64,000 bases of DNA from an uncultured Syntrophaceae bacterium (GCA_964610735.1 CAZSYH010000005.1:5912-69911), one strand, 5' to 3'. Positions 47,855-56,935 are shown, counted from the first letter of the stretch. The notes: generated by a model not told the origin, from the letters alone. A program made the numbers and translations.

Positions 47855-47970
47855 ATGAAAGGAAATACGGGAAAGATTATTAATGTCGATCTTACCGTCG
47901 GCACGGTTAAGGTAGAGGAGCTTCCGGAGGAGCATTACCGGAAGTATATCGGCGGGAGCGGTCTGGCTAC
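47855..47970 (+). pseudogene. 5' stub (about 39 codons) of a further AOR-family gene
   Basis: [38 protein letters not shown] is a typical AOR N-terminus with an AGGAGG RBS. The reading frame then runs into antisense manC-derived sequence. Confidence 0.7.
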
Positions 47971-48076
47971 GATGATCCTCTCACCTGTAATGTTCAGCAG
48001 GTGCTTCGGTCTCTTTTCTCTGCTCAGGGGCCAGAACCTGGTACCCTTTCCTCCCGCCATGATTACCGCATACATA
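47971..48076 (-). pseudogene. stub of a manC homologue (first 33 codons or so), right copy of the 107-bp direct repeat
   Basis: Encodes [32 protein letters not shown] and then diverges. It differs from 33688-33794 only by synonymous substitutions in the aligned codons. Confidence 0.8.
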
Positions 48077-48165
48077 TTAATACCCTTCCTAACTTGATAT
48101 TGCCTTCCCCTTTCTTTCAATCGACAAAAATGTTTATAAGCCTTTCGTTATATTAATAGGGGCTC

Positions 48166-48966
48166 TTAAAGTTCAAGAACGGAGCGTACCAGATTTTCCG
48201 TCGTATACTGACCGTTCGTGATCTGGGCAAAATTATGCTCACCCCCGAAGATGTCCTGAATTATCTCTTCTACTGTATATCCGCCATCCTTCAGATTCTT
48301 CACCTTCTGTGAAAGATTTTCCAGATAATCCATGCACCCTTCAAGGGCAGCCTTGCCGTCTTCAATTATCTTGCCCACGGATGTAAACAGCACCAGTCTT
48401 TCTGTTTTAAAATCCAGTAGTTTCTTCATTGATTGTATGGTTTCACCCATATCTTCCTCCGGCCTGATAAACTTCAGTGTCTCTCTTGAGAATATGTCAC
48501 CGGAAAAGCACCAGCCCTTCTCTCTTTCCAGAAGGGCCACATGCCCCACGCTGTGGCCGGGTGTCTCTACCACATCATACCTGAAATGCTCAGTTTCCAT
48601 TACATCGGGTATCGGTCTTACCTCCGTCGGTACCGGGTAGCCCCAAACCGTTTCCTGGTAGGGGTACAAAAAAGCCTTTTTCCCTATCAGGGGGATAGAT
48701 TCGGGATGTGCGTATATGTCCACATTGAATCTGTCTTTAATGAGGTGATTGCACCCGATATGGTCCTCATGAAAATGTGTGTTTACGACCATATCCAGCC
48801 TCTTGTCTCCGAGATATGAGGCCAGCTCTTCCGCCGTATAGTCGCAGCCGGTATCTATCAGGAGACCATCCACAAGGTAAGCGGAAACCCAGTATATCGG
48901 CACACCATCTATCACTCTGCTCATCCTGATCTGAGTGACCTCATCAAACTGCGCTATCTCAATCAT
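48166..48966 (-). CDS. MBL-fold metallo-hydrolase
   Basis: THFHEDHIG motif. 266 aa. Confidence 0.8.
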   Translation of the reverse strand: MIEIAQFDEVTQIRMSRVIDGVPIYWVSAYLVDGLLIDTGCDYTAEELASYLGDKRLDMVVNTHFHEDHIGCNHLIKDRFNVDIYAHPESIPLIGKKAFLYPYQETVWGYPVPTEVRPIPDVMETEHFRYDVVETPGHSVGHVALLEREKGWCFSGDIFSRETLKFIRPEEDMGETIQSMKKLLDFKTERLVLFTSVGKIIEDGKAALEGCMDYLENLSQKVKNLKDGGYTVEEIIQDIFGGEHNFAQITNGQYTTENLVRSVLEL

Positions 48967-49213
48967 TGGATTCCTTTCTCCTCTTTTTCGAAATGAAAAG
49001 ACTGTTATTCTGTTAGATCAGAATAAACACCTTCAATATCCAAGGGGGTTATAATAATTTTATGTCCCCAGTCAATACATTTGTTCTGTTCCGTTTTTTC
49101 ATTTCATTTAATAGAGACAAACTTGTGAAAAGTCACTTCGGGGCGAAGAAAACTAACTTTTTAAAAGGCCGTTAAGATTGAGAGCTTGACAATGTCATAA
49201 TGAATAATTAAAT

Positions 49214-49567
49214 ATGAGGACACTGGAGGAAGAAATGACTATAAAAGAATTGCTGGAGCATGCCGAAAAATTTGAGGTAGATACCTACAAGCTACCCCGG
49301 AATTTCAGAGAAAATCACATTTCATTCACCGGGGCCCCCGAAAAGCATCCATATGCGGATGACAAGATTATACTTATCTCTGATCCATTCAGTACGAATA
49401 TATCCTATTATGAATTTGCCTCCGCCGATATCGCAGGGGTGGAAGATCTGCCCAATCTGGTTACCGTGGAGGGGACGTCTGTAAAGATGTGTCGTGTGTG
49501 GGTGAGAAGGGGGAGCATAGGGGTGAGGTCCGTGCCCTTTGTTGTAGAGGATACCACTCGTCAGTAG
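49214..49567 (+). CDS. hypothetical protein
   Basis: 117-aa ORF with plausible composition. No family assigned confidently. Confidence 0.45.
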   Translation: MRTLEEEMTIKELLEHAEKFEVDTYKLPRNFRENHISFTGAPEKHPYADDKIILISDPFSTNISYYEFASADIAGVEDLPNLVTVEGTSVKMCRVWVRRGSIGVRSVPFVVEDTTRQ

Positions 49568-49595
49568 CTAGAGATTATTTTCTTACCTCTATTCC

Positions 49596-50666
49596 TTACA
49601 ATTTATACTGTTCCGATATCCAAGACTGGTATTCATTATTCTTAACGCGCTGAACCCATTTGCTGTTTTCCAGATACCAGGATATGGTCTTCCTCATCCC
49701 CGATTCGAATGATTCCTTCGGTGACCAGTTCAGTTCATTATGCAGTTTTGTGAAATCGATGGCATATCTCCTGTCATGACCGGGCCTGTCCTTGACGAAC
49801 GTGATGAGATTCCTTCTGGGGCCGTTTTTGCCCATGCCTGTTGTTTCGTCCAGTATGTCGCAGATCATCTCCACGATGACGATGTTTTCCATCTCCATAT
49901 TGCCGCCTATGTTGTACGTCTCACCACGCCTGCCCGACCTCATGATGTTCCATATTGCATCACAGTGATCTTTCACATACAACCAGTCTCTCACATTCCT
50001 GCCGTCGCCGTAGACAGGCAGCTTTTCGCCATCTTTCGCGTTCAGCGTTATCAGTGGGATCAATTTCTCAGGAAACTGGTATGGTCCATAGTTGTTTGAA
50101 CAGTTGGAGATGGTCACGGGAAGCCCATAGGTTTTTCCATACGCCCTTACAATGTGGTCTGAAGAGGCCTTTGCCGCGGAGTAGGGGCTGCTGGGCTGAT
50201 ATTGTGTAGTCTCCTTGAATCCCGATGAATCGGGATCAAGGCTCCCATATACTTCATCCGTGCTTATGTGATGAAAGAGGATAAAATCTCCGGCATGTGA
50301 ACGAGCTGCTTCCAACAGGTTGAAAGTGCCGACAATATTTGTGTATATAAAGGCTCCGGGATCCTTTATCGATCTGTCCACATGCGATTCGGCGGCGAAG
50401 TGGCAGACCGCGTCTATCCCGTACCGGGAAAAGATGTTTTCCATGAGTCCAGGATCACAGATGTCCGCCTTTTCAAATATGTACCTGTCAGGGTAGTCCT
50501 TCTCTATTCCATCCAGATTATCGGGGTTTCCCGCATAGGTAAGCTTGTCCACATTTATGATCCTGCCAGTAAAATCATTTTGCCTGAGGAGATAATGTAT
50601 AAAATTGCTGCCTATGAAACCGCACCCGCCTGTCACCATCAGATTTTGTATGTCCATTTGTCCCAT
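49596..50666 (-). CDS. rfbB: dTDP-glucose 4,6-dehydratase
   Basis: VTGGCGFIGSNF Rossmann motif, the YSAAKASSD catalytic YxxxK, and family-typical length. Confidence 0.92.
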   Translation of the reverse strand: MGQMDIQNLMVTGGCGFIGSNFIHYLLRQNDFTGRIINVDKLTYAGNPDNLDGIEKDYPDRYIFEKADICDPGLMENIFSRYGIDAVCHFAAESHVDRSIKDPGAFIYTNIVGTFNLLEAARSHAGDFILFHHISTDEVYGSLDPDSSGFKETTQYQPSSPYSAAKASSDHIVRAYGKTYGLPVTISNCSNNYGPYQFPEKLIPLITLNAKDGEKLPVYGDGRNVRDWLYVKDHCDAIWNIMRSGRRGETYNIGGNMEMENIVIVEMICDILDETTGMGKNGPRRNLITFVKDRPGHDRRYAIDFTKLHNELNWSPKESFESGMRKTISWYLENSKWVQRVKNNEYQSWISEQYKL

Positions 50667-50848
50667 CACCCGATTCCCAATTTTCCCGGTATGATTACAT
50701 CAATTACGAACCGACTGTCAACCAAAATGCCGAAATCACGACAGAGAGTATTAGATGTTTGAATAAATATCATTATTTGTCATTTCGATCTAAGAGAGAA
50801 ATCTTCTTTTCGGCAGCCCGTATTATTAAGATTTCCCCCTGACGGGAA

Positions 50849-50933
50849 CTATAGTTCGACGCCGACGCTCCTCGAAATGACAAAATTCAAAGCCCTCAGT
50901 ATATAAGGGGAGCGGAGTATCTTCCTCGGTGCT
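50849..50933 (+). repeat. copy 1 of an approximately 86-bp direct repeat
   Basis: ctatagttcgacgccgacgctcctcgaaatgacaaaattcaaagccc... matches 53448-53533 at roughly 90 percent by eye. Confidence 0.8.
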
Positions 50934-50945
50934 CCCAAAATCCTC

Positions 50946-50974
50946 TTGACATACAAATTTTCCCTTCATATACT
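50946..50974 (+). promoter_or_regulatory. near-consensus sigma70 promoter upstream of the secreted Gly-rich protein gene
   Basis: TTGACA (50946-50951), 17-bp spacer, TATACT (50969-50974). Confidence 0.5.
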
Positions 50975-51018
50975 CCCAAAGAGAGGGAAAGTTCTTATCA
51001 ATGTTGTAGGAGGAGATA

Positions 51019-51732
51019 ATGAAAAGTCCATTAATTTCAGGATTTCTTGTGGTGCTTGCATTTACCTTTTTAGTTCCAATTGCCGCTATGGCTTATGGCG
51101 GTGATGGTGGCGGTGGTGGTGGCGAGGGGGGAGGTCCAATGTCTAGCGACCCCGGGTTAACAGGTTTTGTGTTTATCGATCCCTCGTCCGCGGGAGAAAT
51201 GAACATTGCCGGTGGAACAATTGACATTAATAATATTCCGGAATACGTGCCCCGCACCCCCAGAGAGCAATTCGAAATCCAACAGATGATTAACCGGTCT
51301 GACTCGGATTTCTGGACAGCAATGGGATACCTGGCCGGGGCCGGAGAGGTTGGCTCGGAAATCGGCGCCTTCGGAGGCAAGGTGGCCGGCTGGGTTCTTG
51401 CTTTCACTCCTGCGGGGGTTCCGGTAAAAATCGCCATTGCCGCCACCAGGGGTGCCGCTGACGGTTACGCATCCTCGGTAGGAAAGGACGACGGCAAGGA
51501 GGCATCCCAGGCGACATTTTCAGGAGTTGTAGCGGCAACGGTTGAAGCATCCACCTCCTCCTTGAACCCGGTAGTCGGCATTGTCGCAGGAGAGGTGGCC
51601 GGGAACCTTGCAAACAGCGAAGCTCCCAATAGAGCTCCCAGCCCCAACATTGGCGACGCCGCGATGCAGGATGCCAAAGTCACCCATGATCCTTACACCG
51701 GAAGGAAATTTACGACGCCGGTCTATAAATAA
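51019..51732 (+). CDS. secreted glycine-rich protein with Gly/Ala-zipper-like hydrophobic segments
   Basis: Signal peptide (..VPIAAMA-YG), a GGDGGGGGGEGGG tract, and C-terminal G/A-rich amphipathic stretches. No family recognised. Confidence 0.6.
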   Translation: MKSPLISGFLVVLAFTFLVPIAAMAYGGDGGGGGGEGGGPMSSDPGLTGFVFIDPSSAGEMNIAGGTIDINNIPEYVPRTPREQFEIQQMINRSDSDFWTAMGYLAGAGEVGSEIGAFGGKVAGWVLAFTPAGVPVKIAIAATRGAADGYASSVGKDDGKEASQATFSGVVAATVEASTSSLNPVVGIVAGEVAGNLANSEAPNRAPSPNIGDAAMQDAKVTHDPYTGRKFTTPVYK

Positions 51733-51829
51733 GCGGGCCGAAAATCCGTTTCCAGAACAATCCTGGGGTGATTAGGCACATGAACAGGGCCGCGCCGGGG
51801 TGGTTAGAAAAGATCCGAGGAGGAGATCA

Positions 51830-53104
51830 ATGATAAGGAAAATAATAATTGCAAGTGTCATATTAATCATGGCATGGGCTATCACGGGATGCGCGGTTCA
51901 TCAGAAAATTCAGCAGCAGCTACAGCAGAGCCGGGCAGCTCTTGATACACCCCCTTTCGAAATCAACCCTCCGCAAGTAGCGCCTATAGTGGATGCCGAT
52001 GTGCCCGCTGATATCCGCATGGTGACGGCTGCCATGGTTCAGAAATTGAGAAAAGATCAAAAGGGTATACCTCGGGTGAGCTTTGATTCGGGCGGTAACC
52101 ATTACACACCGGAAACCAGTTTTGATTACCGGGGATTCTCGGTTTCCGATATAAGTATCAATGAGCAATGGGCTAGGGATACAGGACGAAAGAGCTTTGA
52201 CTGCAGGGTCGCCGGAGTAATGCTTTTTTCGGACCAACTGGGTAGAAGGGCCATGGTGAGCTACACTGCAGATTATGAGCTTTTCCGGAACAGAATAATA
52301 ATAAGGGACTCGGCTGTGAGGCCGGTGCCTCCTGTTTTTCCCACTACCAGGGCGTTTATTATTGAAGGGAGTGAATTTAAGGGAATTGTCGATGAAAGGC
52401 CTGATTTTTACGGGTTTTACACAGGGGTTGTTTCCAAGGCCCACAGCATGACCCCCACTCCGGAAGAACGCCGGGGGCGGGAGGAATTGCAGAAAATGAG
52501 CTTGTTCGATCGGATTAAAAGGGGCACCAAGATTGAAAGACAGGAAAATTTCATGGTTATTTTTGTCATGGACCGCTTAACGCCGGACGCTGAGCTTGAA
52601 GTTGTGGTCACCAGAAATCCCAACGATATGGCTACTCTGGCCAAACCGGTTTACAGTGACTTTGACGGCTGGCGGGTGGCCATATTCGGTGGCAAATTCG
52701 CCATTGACCATGACGTGTTCTGCGCTAAAGCCTATTACAAGCCGTCCCCCGGGGTTCTTCCTGACAACAGCGAACAGGTTATGGTGGGTCTTTTTTCATC
52801 CGAAAAGAACTATGATACCCCGGGAAGCCCAACCCGTGCGGATATTCGGCCCACCAGCCACGCTTCTCCCGAGGGGCCACTGGCACTGGGCAGAAATGCT
52901 CTCGACCCTTTAAAACGGTATGACGCTGCCCTCATACAGTCCAGACTGGCCGAATTGGGATTTTACAAGACGGTTGTCGACGGCTTGTGGGGGCCAGGAT
53001 CGCGGCGCTCCCTGCAAGCCTTTCAGAGGGCAATTGGCCTTGACCCCAGCGGAAACTGGAACATGCAAACCCAGTTGAAGATGTTTTCGGGCACGGGGAA
53101 GTAG
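51830..53104 (+). CDS. lipoprotein with C-terminal peptidoglycan-binding (PG_binding_1-like) domain
   Basis: The start is at ATG 51830, after GGAGGAG. Lipobox AITGC. The C-terminus LGFYKTVVDGLWGPGSRRSLQAFQRAIGLDPSGNW matches the PG-binding repeat pattern. Confidence 0.7.
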   Translation: MIRKIIIASVILIMAWAITGCAVHQKIQQQLQQSRAALDTPPFEINPPQVAPIVDADVPADIRMVTAAMVQKLRKDQKGIPRVSFDSGGNHYTPETSFDYRGFSVSDISINEQWARDTGRKSFDCRVAGVMLFSDQLGRRAMVSYTADYELFRNRIIIRDSAVRPVPPVFPTTRAFIIEGSEFKGIVDERPDFYGFYTGVVSKAHSMTPTPEERRGREELQKMSLFDRIKRGTKIERQENFMVIFVMDRLTPDAELEVVVTRNPNDMATLAKPVYSDFDGWRVAIFGGKFAIDHDVFCAKAYYKPSPGVLPDNSEQVMVGLFSSEKNYDTPGSPTRADIRPTSHASPEGPLALGRNALDPLKRYDAALIQSRLAELGFYKTVVDGLWGPGSRRSLQAFQRAIGLDPSGNWNMQTQLKMFSGTGK

Positions 53105-53353
53105 CATCGTCAATGGTAAATCATGATAAGCCATGGGTCAGGATGACGATTAATAGTCAATAACCATGGTGGAGGAATGGCCGGGCCTGAAAGCGCTACT
53201 TCTCGGATGTTCGGAAACAGTGACGGCACCCACCCCGCTGGGGCCTATGTTGGCATGGTCATGATTCATCGTGCGTGGGGACGTTTCTGTCCACGAAGAA
53301 CATCCTTTTTGTCATTTACGCGGATAAATTCTGATTACGGGTCATAGTGTGTT

Positions 53354-53447
53354 TGGATGAAGTACCTGGGTCAGGAAGGCAAGGTCATCTGTACGGCCAG
53401 GGACAAAAAGACAAGCAAAAACTTCCCCGCCCTCGAATGGCTGGCGG
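53354..53447 (+). mobile_element. short fragment of an IS91-family transposase gene
   Basis: Encodes MKYLGQEGKVICTARDKKTSKNFPALEWLAA, paralleling MKYLEQGGTVVYTAKDKKTIKSLPALEWLAA at 17753-17845. It is cut off exactly where the 86-bp repeat begins. Confidence 0.6.
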
Positions 53448-53533
53448 CTATAGCTCGACGCCGACGCTCCTCGAAATGATAAAATTCAAAGCTCTCAGTC
53501 TATAAAGGGAAGAGGAGCATCTTCCTCGGTGCT
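53448..53533 (+). repeat. copy 2 of the approximately 86-bp direct repeat
   Basis: See 50849-50933. Confidence 0.8.
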
Positions 53534-53859
53534 TGACATGTCATATTTATTTTCTTATGCTTGGACTTGCTCCGAAAAGACTTTCAAGTAACTTACATGT
53601 AAAAAGCCAAAGAAGCAGTTTTCACGTCTGTCATTTCGAGGAGTGAAGCTAAGAGAAATCTTAATGATAGTGACATGTTGAAAACAAGACTTCTCTCTTC
53701 GATCGAAACAGGGATTTTCCACATTCGTTCGAAATGACAAATTAATGCAAGTTGCTTTCCATTATAATGCCATGTCGACGCGTCGGCATGCGGAGCTTTT
53801 TGCGAGGGAATCATCATTGTCTGTTTGCGATTCTTACGGCAAGCATCTGATTCCGAGGG

Positions 53860-54711
53860 GTGGAGATGTCTTTTGACAAACTTATTAAGAGTTATTCCAG
53901 ACCGGTTGATGTAATGCCCGTTTCTGTCTCCAGAGAGGGGACGCTGAAAAGCGCTATCAAGGCGATCCTTTTTGATGTGTATGGCACACTCTTTATAAGC
54001 GAAGCGGGCGATATAAGCGTGGCAAAAGGATGGGCCGATCGTAACATTACCGACATAACCGGTTTACTTGACAAATATAACATTAATATCCCCTCGCATG
54101 TTCTGCTCAAAGAATTCTTCTCTGAAATTGAAAGAGACAAGGAAAGATTGATAGATCAGGGAATACCGTATCCTGAGATCAGGATTGAAGAGATATGGAA
54201 AAAAGTGCTTGGTATTGAAGATATGGACAAGATCAAGGACTTTGCTGTCGAGTATGAACTTGTTGTTAATCCTGTATTCCCTATGCCCCATCTGGAAGAG
54301 ATGTTAAATGGGTGCAGGGGGAAAAATATCCCTATGGGGGTGATCTCAAATGCCCAGTTTTACACGCCCTGTCTGTTTACTTCCTTGCTGGGCAATGATC
54401 TTACATGGCTTGGGTTTCTGGATGACCTTGTCTTGTTTTCATATGTTCTGGGTTATGGGAAGCCCTCTCTTGACATATTTGAGAAGGCCGCGGGAAGACT
54501 TGAAAAAATGGGAATAATGAGGAAAGATGTTCTATATGTTGGGAATGATATGCTGAAGGATATACTTCCCGCCATGACGGTCGGTTTTCAAACAGCCCTC
54601 TTCGCGGGTGATGGCAGGTCTCTGAATCTGAGGTCGGATGATAGAAGATGTAAAGATGTGTCGCCTGACATTGTCGTGACCGATCTTTTGCAGATACTGG
54701 AATATATCTGA
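53860..54711 (+). CDS. HAD-superfamily hydrolase
   Basis: The DVYGTLF motif I region fits the HAD pattern (ILFDVYGTL), and VGNDMLKDI is a motif IV-like element. Confidence 0.75.
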   Translation: MEMSFDKLIKSYSRPVDVMPVSVSREGTLKSAIKAILFDVYGTLFISEAGDISVAKGWADRNITDITGLLDKYNINIPSHVLLKEFFSEIERDKERLIDQGIPYPEIRIEEIWKKVLGIEDMDKIKDFAVEYELVVNPVFPMPHLEEMLNGCRGKNIPMGVISNAQFYTPCLFTSLLGNDLTWLGFLDDLVLFSYVLGYGKPSLDIFEKAAGRLEKMGIMRKDVLYVGNDMLKDILPAMTVGFQTALFAGDGRSLNLRSDDRRCKDVSPDIVVTDLLQILEYI

Positions 54712-54845
54712 TACTGGGATTATTTCTGTAATCAGTAATATTTGTGGATGGATTTACTTATCTAATCTGGTATAAAACACGAACTGTGTCGGAGATGGAT
54801 TTTCCAGAAACTGGTACCAGGTAATGACTATTCTGAGGTGTGGTA

Positions 54846-55712
54846 ATGAAAAAAAACAGGTGGTTTGTTGTTGTATTTGCCGCAGTGTTCCTGATACTTG
54901 CACTTGTAATTTTTTTAAACAGAGACAATTTCTTTTCCGATGAGAAGATAGCGACAAGAGAAGAATCCAAAGCGGTTCCATATGTTTCAGAAGGGGATAC
55001 AGGGTACGATGGAAAAAGTGTCAGAAAAAAAATAGTGCCTCTCAGTCCGGAAGAAAAAGCGCAGGGATCGTCCGTTGTCGAAGAAGGCAACGAGGATCAA
55101 CTGCGGGAAAGGGTGGAACAGTTTTTTGATTACCTCGACAGACAAGACTATATAAGGGCCTACAAACTGGAGGAGGGGACATATCGGCACTTTCTGGGGC
55201 TTGTCTCGAAGCTCTCCGCACGTCCCCCCGTCGTGTCAGGTGAGATGAAGGATCTTTATATACTGAGAAATAATATAGCGCACTTTTACAGGGTTATTGG
55301 GAGAAAGAATATATTGCTGACAAAGGATATTCTTTATAACGAGGAAAAAGATCTCGAACCTGTCATTGCAATGCTTTATGAATGGGGTTTAAGGGAAATA
55401 GAAAATAAAAGTGGAAAGATTGAAGCCAGTGTGAGCGATCTTTATGAATATGCCGCTTTCTTTCTGAACACTGTGTCAGGCAAAGCCTATCTGTTGAGGA
55501 GAACGTCCGGTGTCAGGATGCTGCTGACATACTACTCTATCCTCACGATTGACAGGGCAGACAAAGAGAACCTGAACCACTACGGCGTGGACATTATCCC
55601 CCATGTGAACCTTCTTATTGACGATATCAGCAGATACAGCGGTCTGGATCACAAGGATAAATACCTTGAGAGATTAGACTCTATCAAGAAAAGCGCCGAA
55701 AATCGAATTTAA
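54846..55712 (+). CDS. hypothetical membrane-anchored protein
   Basis: An N-terminal TM helix (WFVVVFAAVFLILALVIFL) followed by a helical soluble domain. No family recognised. Confidence 0.5.
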   Translation: MKKNRWFVVVFAAVFLILALVIFLNRDNFFSDEKIATREESKAVPYVSEGDTGYDGKSVRKKIVPLSPEEKAQGSSVVEEGNEDQLRERVEQFFDYLDRQDYIRAYKLEEGTYRHFLGLVSKLSARPPVVSGEMKDLYILRNNIAHFYRVIGRKNILLTKDILYNEEKDLEPVIAMLYEWGLREIENKSGKIEASVSDLYEYAAFFLNTVSGKAYLLRRTSGVRMLLTYYSILTIDRADKENLNHYGVDIIPHVNLLIDDISRYSGLDHKDKYLERLDSIKKSAENRI

Positions 55713-55750
55713 GGTCTGTCTTGAGCCAGGCCGGCAGAATTTGTTATTCT

Positions 55751-56935
55751 CTAAGACAGGATGCCCTTGTGCCTTCTGTACCAGATGTTGGGAAACATTT
55801 TGTAGAGCAGTTTTGAAATGGGGCCTATGTACTCCTCGTTCCTTTTGTCAAACTGGCATGCCTGTATGACATGTTCCCTTATCTCATCCCTGCTTGTCTC
55901 TTCGTGGAATATCTTGTAGGCGCAGTGGAACAGAGGACTGTACATGTTTTTCTTTTCCAGGTATCTGTGCACGTTCTTTATCGTGTTTGGTCCTTCCGGG
56001 GTTCCATCTATTTTCCCCAGTGTTCTGATATCTGTTTCTATGGGATTGCCGTCAAATAATTGATAGAAATATTTGCCATATCGATAGTTTTTGCTGGCCT
56101 CCGATGAGATCGTGACATACATGTCACCCACACCGGCCTGGCTGTGAAATGCCTGGAAACTTCCCCCCAGCAACTTTGACAGGGACCTTATCTCAACGCC
56201 GGATCTTGCGAAAATGGTTCCGGGCAGGGAACTTCCCAGATTCAGGCAGTCAGTAACCCCCTTCAGGTTTGCCACGATATTTTTCAAAGCGCCACATGCC
56301 TCGATGCCAACAGTATCAAAATTGTAATAAGAACTTAACTCCCTGCGATTCAGCCTGAGAAAGTTAAGATTAAAAGTCTTTGCCGTGTCCTTATTCCCCG
56401 CCACAGTTACGCATACTGGCCTACCCGTCGCTATATCTATATCGAAGAATGGGCCCCCAATACAGATAACATCAAATTTGTGCTTGAGGTCGAAAAGATG
56501 GTTTTTAATCGCCTGAGAAGGTGTTATGAGCTCGCTGGTCTTTTCATCCGAAGACAGGCCCTTTATCGGAGATACAAGGCATGTCCGGCCCGTTTTTCTC
56601 GCTATCAGGGGTTTTATATGGTTCAGGAGTTCCCGGAGCCTGTTCATGGTTATCGAAAGTATGATAAAGTCATTTTCCTCAACAACCTTTTCCAGGTCAT
56701 TTGTTGCAGTGACGTTCGGCAACCTGGGGACATTTTCCATGCCCCCGAGCATTCCTGCAAGATCATCCGTCAGGTGTCTGGGGTTTAAATGGGTTTGATT
56801 GATTTCTCTGCATATCTCAGCGTCGTGATAATATATGGTTATATCTTTTCCGTCGCGTCCGAACTTGTAGGCAAAGGAAGTCCCGAGCCTTCCGGGCCCG
56901 ATGATTGCTATCCTGGATGGATCCAGATTTTTCAT
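55751..56935 (-). CDS. NAD(P)-dependent glycerol-3-phosphate dehydrogenase-family protein (long form)
   Basis: N-terminal IAIIGPGRLGTSFA Rossmann motif and a GpsA-like central region (ACGALKNI). There is an approximately 60-aa C-terminal extension. Confidence 0.65.
   Translation of the reverse strand: MKNLDPSRIAIIGPGRLGTSFAYKFGRDGKDITIYYHDAEICREINQTHLNPRHLTDDLAGMLGGMENVPRLPNVTATNDLEKVVEENDFIILSITMNRLRELLNHIKPLIARKTGRTCLVSPIKGLSSDEKTSELITPSQAIKNHLFDLKHKFDVICIGGPFFDIDIATGRPVCVTVAGNKDTAKTFNLNFLRLNRRELSSYYNFDTVGIEACGALKNIVANLKGVTDCLNLGSSLPGTIFARSGVEIRSLSKLLGGSFQAFHSQAGVGDMYVTISSEASKNYRYGKYFYQLFDGNPIETDIRTLGKIDGTPEGPNTIKNVHRYLEKKNMYSPLFHCAYKIFHEETSRDEIREHVIQACQFDKRNEEYIGPISKLLYKMFPNIWYRRHKGILS

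Noticed and set aside
11531-48966. Three MBL-fold hydrolase genes (11531, 15300, 48166) as a related paralog set or system
   Set aside because: The sequences share only the generic HxHxDH motif, belong to visibly different subfamilies and have unrelated neighbours.
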